In this document: in pieces, positions 57,636 to 64,000 of the stretch
Layout of the letters: each line of letters starts with the position of its first letter
Position numbering within the stretch: the stretch's first letter is position 1
Assembly: GCA_964016885.1 (NCBI GenBank)
Contig: OZ024756.1
Location: forward strand, 6,076,001-6,140,000
DNA: 64,000 nucleotides
Direction: 5' to 3'
DNA from: Eledone cirrhosa
Lineage: Eukaryota
The notes under the pieces: generated by a model
The model's input: only the letters and a program-made list of their open reading frames with translations
What the model was told of the DNA's origin: nothing
The model's database searches: none
Translations under genes and position numbers: made by a program

Positions 57636-58339
57636 TATATAGAACTTGCGAATCCAGAGTAAGCCAGAGACGGATCGTACCTTGAGCTGTTCGCCTGAGG
57701 AACATTTGTAATACGTAATAAATTGTGTTCCGATGCATTACTGATTCTTCGTGTTCCATACTATGTATCTTTACCCTTTCTAGCAGTCTCTCTCTCTGTT
57801 AGCCTCTTCCTCACCCTTCACTCACTCATTCTCTGTCACTACCTCCCCTCCTCCTCTTTCTTCCCGTTTGACCTGTGTGTAATTCTTTTCTCCCGCACGG
57901 TGGCCAAGCTGGTATGAATTTTTTCTCTCTCTCGTCTACGATTTCACAGAACTTACGTTTACCGAATTCGCAGACCAGACCCCTTCTTCCTCCCGTTAGA
58001 CCTGTGCGAAATTCCTTCCTTGCTCACATTTCAACCAGGTTTGATGGTCTTTATTCTCTCGTTCACGATTTCACCGAATTTAAATTCATAAAAATCTGGG
58101 ACTTGTCTCTTTCTTCCTCCCTTACTGTTACTCCACCATTTTGTTTGTTTACCCTCGCGTCCCCTTTATTTACGTGTCCCAACGACTTTTTTTAGCCGTT
58201 GCTCGCACCAACCGGAGGTATATGGTCTTTAAAGCGATGAAATGCCTATGATGGTTGGAAGATCACTGATGAAGGACAAACTTTTTTCATATGTAACCCA
58301 TTTGCAACTCCGCAGCGCCCTTATTATCATATATATATA

Positions 58340-59435
58340 TATATAAGTACAAAAGATGGTTAAAAGAGTTCCATGTATTTTATTATGCGCATTTCAAAAA
58401 CAAATATCATCATGCAATAATATTTGTGTTTTCATCAGATAAAACAGGAGGACATGATATGAAGGTTAAAAAACACTTGTGGATAGTTCAGTTTTAAATC
58501 AACATATGAGAAGTAGTTTTAGATTGATGTGTGATATTGGGAAAAATATTTCATTTGGAGGGGGGGGGATGAAAAAAAGGAAGAGATGAGAGTGAAGGTG
58601 GAGTATAATGAGGAAGGATGAGGTAGGAGGAGAGCTGGGTGATAGAGAGAAAGAGAGAGAGAGATAGCTTTTATAACTGAGAAAGATATATTGTTTTACA
58701 TAGAGAGGTTAAAAACCGTTGGAAGATAATGTATAAATTAAAAGAAATTGAAAATTAACGAAGAGAAAAATAATGTAAAGTTAAGGTTTGTATATTGAGG
58801 GGTTTGATAATATGTGCGAAGAAAAAGAAAGAGTTAATATGTATTGAGAATAATAAGTTAGATGAAAGGGAGAAAAGAATAATGAATTGAGGATGAATAA
58901 TCTAAAGTCAAAAAATGTATATGTTTACGAAGGATTTTTACAAGGTGATATAGAGTAAAAGGTTTTCAACCTCTCTCTGTAAAACAATATATCTTTCTCA
59001 GTTATAAAAGCTATCTCTCTCTCTCTCTATCACCCATCTCTCCTCCTATCTCATCCTTCCTCATTATACTCCTCCCTCTCCACCTTCAGTCTCATCTCCT
59101 CCTTTTTTTCATCCTTTCCACCCCACCCCTCTCCAAATAAAATATTTTTCCCAATATCACACATCAATCTAAAGCTACTTCTCATATGTTGATTTAAAAC
59201 TGAACTATCCACAAGTGTTTTTTAACCTTCATATCATGTCCTGTTTTATCTGATGAAAACACAAATAGTATTACATGATGATATTTGTTTTTGAAATGCG
59301 CATAATAAAATACATGGAACTCTTTTAACCATCTTTTGTTCTTATATATTATGTATACTTCAGTCCTACAAACTGTAGAGTGCTTCTTATCCGATATCTG
59401 CATTGCTTTATTGTACTACAATAAAACTCACCTCC

Positions 59436-59440
<5 letters not shown>
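58340..59440. mobile_element. Long fold-back hammerhead element, family C
   Basis: ~375-bp arms 58340-58716 / 58962-59348; hammerheads at 58376-58446 (-) and 59242-59312 (+). Confidence 0.85.
59242..59312 (+). ncRNA. Type I hammerhead ribozyme (family C); mirror copy at 58376-58446 (-)
   Basis: tgttttat-CTGATGA-stem II-GAAA-tgcgca-TA-ataaaata. Confidence 0.85.
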
Positions 59441-59502
<62 letters not shown>

Positions 59503-59868
59503 TAGTTTAGGTGAAAAAACATACTTCTTGATTACAACATTCCAAGTCTCTTGAATCTCCGACTTCCCCTCTCTTCACACCGTCGCCATCTTTAATTTTA
59601 CATTCAGTTAAATCAATTACACAAATCTTCTTCCATATTTTCTGTAATCGTTATCAAATCTATATTCATTAAATTACAGTGACTTGGTTTTCACTGAGTA
59701 TCGATCTCTCTTAGGACTACTATTGGGATTTCTGCATTGTTCTTGTTGATATTGTTGTTCTTGTTCAATAAGACACATTTGTAAAATATAGCTAAGATTG
59801 TCAATCAGATAGAGAGATAGATATGTGTATAGATAGGTACTTAGTTTTATAGATATATATGAAAATAA

Positions 59869-59909
<41 letters not shown>

Positions 59910-60004
59910 CACCCCCCCCCCATTTATATATATATGGGGGGGGGTGTATATATGTGTGTGCATTACAACGCTGAAGCTACATCAACGTCACGGGGATATT
60001 CCCT

Positions 60005-60076
60005 GACCACCACCATCAGTACTACTACCACTACTATTACTATTACTACTACCACCACCATCACTACCACCACCAT

Positions 60077-60123
<47 letters not shown>

Positions 60124-60240
60124 TTACCAGTACTATTACTATTACTACTACCACTACCACCACCATCAGTACTACTACTACTAATACTACTGCTACCACC
60201 ACTACTATTACTATTAACACTACTATTACCACTACTACTA

Positions 60241-60328
<88 letters not shown>

Positions 60329-60340
60329 CACCACCATCAC
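60005..60340 (+). repeat. (ACT/ACC/ATT)n trinucleotide tract
   Basis: Source of the poly-T and poly-V pseudo-ORFs; similar tract at 50170-50255. Confidence 0.9.
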
Positions 60341-61989
60341 TGTTGCTAGTGTTGTTACCATTATTACTAAAAGGAACACTTGTGTAAATAAATTCAATCT
60401 GTTTAGCTATTCTAAATCAAGTATCATGTGACATCCCTAACACTACAACATAAGGAATGGTTTATATATAACATATAACAAAATAAACAACAACAATATA
60501 TAATAAATGAGATGTAGACATCAAATTGTGGGCTTTAATCGGCAATAAATTCCATTTTTTCTTACTATTTTTTTATTTTATTTAACTCTGGTATCAACAT
60601 TTCTCTATAATCGATAAATAGAACATCTTTGAGTGTGATAGAAAATGTGAATATTACTTCTGAAAATATTTAGCATGTCCTTTATAATCAATGCCTTCTA
60701 ATAAATACAAATGTCCGTATTACTGACACTGTGATGTTATACTCAAGGAATCGATGTATGAGTGTATGGTTCCGTAATTCCTGATAAAGTCGTAGGGGGC
60801 CCCGTATTGACACACTGGCGTTTTGGAGGAATGTTAGGCCTAGTGGAGCCCATCCAACTCCAGATATTATAACTGGCGGAGCCTATCCCACTCCAGGCCT
60901 GAGTACAGCAGATTTCTTCCAGTGAAAGTTAAAAAGAGCGAGAGAGGAACAATTAAAAAGAGATATAGAGAAACAATTGACATCAGTACTAGACTGGTAC
61001 TTTTCTTATTGGCCTCGAAAGGATGAAATCCAAAGTTGACCTCGGAGAGATTTGAACTCAGAAAGCGGAGAGTCGGAATGACTATCATAAAGCATTCTAT
61101 CAGACGTTCTACTGACTCTGCCAATAGCCCGCCAATGATGAATCGATAGATTCACTTTAAGCGTTGAGAATTTTTAACTTCCAATTTTCTTCTTTTTTTT
61201 CAGAAGATGTGTTTAGATCTCTCTAGTTTTTTTCCTGTTGTTATGCTTAGGTGGTTGATTTAATCCATTACCTGGATTAGCATCACCTGCTCTCTTGGAA
61301 TCTATTGTTCTGATTCTTCAAACCAGGTCACTAATATTAAGGTACCTTATTCCACTTATCTCACCAACACCAAAAGTGCTGAGACGGGACATAGTCACTG
61401 CTCTAAACTCTCTGATTAAATAGTGGAAAATTTACAGAAGTTTGTGAGAGATTACTGTCTTCCTGGATATAACGCTAAATAAATATAATTCTCTGCTGTA
61501 TCTCATCTGGGAATGTAATCGTAATGAATAATCTCGGAAATTGGAGTGATACAATACAGGGTTGAAATAGAAACACAGAAGAGAATATCAGAGAAAGGAA
61601 TGTAAAAATCTTAAATGAAAACAATACACGGGAAAAACAAGAAGACGGAAATAATTCAAAGAAAACAAGGAGAAACTAGGTATTTTTAATGTCGAAATAT
61701 AAAATTGCTGGGATTTGTGTAATATGAGGAAAGAAATATATATTGACAGTCGTTTCTATTATATACACAATGCCAGGAGTTTGGATAAAAAGGAAAAGTA
61801 TTTAAATCGGCCCAAATACTTGACTGATATATTATTTTATCGCCACTGTAAGTATGAAAGGCAAAGCTAACCACGGTAGGACTTGAACTCAGCATGTAAA
61901 GGGCCATAACACTATGCTGCAAAGCATTTTGTCCAACACTCTTCCGATACTGCCGATTCAACAACATCACCGTCCTTAAAAATTATATT

Positions 61990-62470
61990 AATAACTGTTT
62001 CTACTTTAGGTACAAGGCCAGCAATTACCCAGTGCATTACTGGTAATTTATTTTATCGACCCCGTAAGGATGAAAGGCAAAGTCAACCTCGGCGGGATTT
62101 GAACTCAGATTGTAAAGGGACGTAACTATGTTGGAAAGCATGGCGTCCGACCCTCTACCGATACTGCCAATCCACCGCAATAAGCTGATTTTATATATAT
62201 CTATATATATAACAAAAATAAAAAAGCTGAAGTTACATAAATCGTTTAATCATTATAATTATTTTCACTCTTCTCAAATGGCGGTGGACTGTCAGTATCG
62301 GTAGAGGGTCGAACGTCATGCTTTGACGCATAGAGTAACGGCCCTTGCCATTCTGAGTTCAAATCCAGCCAAGGTTAACTTTGCCTTTCATCCTTACCGG
62401 GTCGATAAAATAAAGTACCAGTATTGTGCTGGGTTATTGCTGGCCTTGTGCCAGTAGTAGAAACAATTAT
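61990..62470. mobile_element. Head-to-head inverted pair of tRNA-derived SINEs
   Basis: Minus copy 61990-62178, plus copy 62279-62470; more minus copies at 60985-61135, 61740-61975 and 63050-63235. Confidence 0.85.
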
Positions 62471-62630
62471 AATTATTTTCACTCTTCGGAATATATATAT
62501 ATATGGTGAGAAGCAGGCGAAACTCCAGAGTAACGGGACTCACTATTTACCCTTAATTTAGTAAAATGAATACTTAAGCTCTGCTTCGGTATTGAGTACT
62601 CTTTTTCCCTCGGCCATCAAGTCATACCAA

Positions 62631-62714
<84 letters not shown>

Positions 62715-62751
62715 GTGTGTTTATGTGTCTGTGTGTGTTTATGTATCAATG

Positions 62752-62796
<45 letters not shown>

Positions 62797-62852
62797 AAAA
62801 AAGATGAAATCCAAAGTGCAACTTGAATCTTTTTTTTTAAATATATTTATTT

Positions 62853-62900
62853 GGTTCCTTTACCGGTTTCGCAGTTCTTGTGCTTTTCAAAAGTAGAACC
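62853..62900 (-). ncRNA. Hammerhead with U3-A8 core variant at the apex of a fold-back (62793-62960)
   Basis: Minus strand ggttctactt-TTGAAAA-gca(caagaac)tgc-GAAA-ccgg-TA-aaggaacc. Confidence 0.7.
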
Positions 62901-64000
62901 AAATATATATTTAAAAAAAAAAAGACCCCAGTTGCATTTTCGATTTCATCCTTTTTCTTTATACTTTCACTTGTGTAGGACACCTTGTTTTTTTTTCATT
63001 TTGTAAAAAAAACTCAGTTTCTAATAATATATATATATATTATATATATAACTGTTTCTACTTTTTGGCACAAGGCCATCAATAACTCAGTACATTACTG
63101 GTACATTATTTTAACGACCCCGTAAGGATGAAAGGCAAAGTTAACCTCGTCGGGATTTGAACTCAGACCGTAAAGGGACGTAACTATGCCGGAAAGAATG
63201 GCGTCCGACTCTCTACTGATACTGCCAATCCACCTCAATAACAACTGCTGATGTGTTGTTACTAGTCTCAAGACATCTATAGCTGGTTGACTTCATCAGA
63301 CTGCATCAGATGGTATAACTCTCCTTCCTATTCAACTTAACGCTGTATCGTTGTTGTTGTTTTTGTGTGTGTGTGGGGGGGGGGGGTATTTTTCGTGAAC
63401 AACAGCAACAGCTGCTTCATCACCTTCACCTTCTTCGCTTTCTTTATCTTCTTCTCTTCTATATCCGTTACATGTGCCGTGACTAACTCCCTACTCCAGC
63501 TGACCTTGTCTAGCATTACCGTCAGAATTCCCCCCCGCCTTCAGCCCGGTGTCCTCTTCATGAACATCCTTCAGCGTTGTGGTTGGTCTCACAACTGGTC
63601 TGAGAAAATACGTGGGTGTTTGCATGCATTGCAATGTACTCCAATCTTCACACACTGACTAGAGTCCTTAGAGGTCTTAATCTGATAATCTGATCTAAGT
63701 CAGAGCTTCTCAAAGACCCCACCCATACTCGTGGGGTGGGGGGTGGGGGGGTAAACAAGGTCCAGTGGGACGTAATGGGTCGGTAGATATAGTTACATAT
63801 TAAATATTAAATACCAAATGGTACATATAAAAAAAAAAGGGATCGATCGACTTTCGTCAAATCGGACCGAGGAAACAATGTTTCCGTCGGTCTTTCCAGT
63901 TGCTAATACTATCTATCGGTCGCAACTCCAGGTAGAAGGAACAACGTGAAATGAAGTGTCTTGCTCAAGGACATAACGCATCGCCCGGTCCAGGAATCGA

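Noticed and set aside
59859-60431. Mucin-like Thr-rich ORF
   Set aside because: (ACT/ACC)n tract preceded by (TA)n; no evidence of an exon
63248-63309. Additional hammerhead on the minus strand (CTGATGA..GAGA-ctag-TA)
   Set aside because: GAAA mutated and stems I/II weak; possibly a decayed copy, not counted. The same applies to candidates near 50650-50700, 54535 and 58266

Overview
AT-rich, microsatellite-saturated animal DNA; the SINE and repeat content suggests an octopus or other cephalopod (inference). Almost all ORFs in the supplied track are (TA)n/(CA)n/(CT)n artefacts. The only supportable host coding sequence is one symmetric phase 1-1 LDL-receptor class A exon on the minus strand (31639-31776), so much of the window is probably intronic. 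The main signal is a swarm of short elements between (TA)n tracts, most arranged as fold-backs (inverted duplications). They belong to about ten sequence families and carry more than 20 minimal type I hammerhead ribozyme motifs (stem I - CUGANGA - stem II - GAAA - tiny or palindromic stem III - UH - stem I), including recurrent core variants (CCGANGA, UUGAAAA). One element (20875-22345) keeps a decayed GIY-YIG endonuclease ORF and an inverted pseudo-LTR, which ties the system to Penelope-like retroelements. Also present: many tRNA-derived SINEs, a bipartite RTE-derived element, a (TACA)n-inserted R4/Dong-like RLE fragment, MITEs, Helitron-like ends and a 29-bp minisatellite amplified from a SINE A-box.
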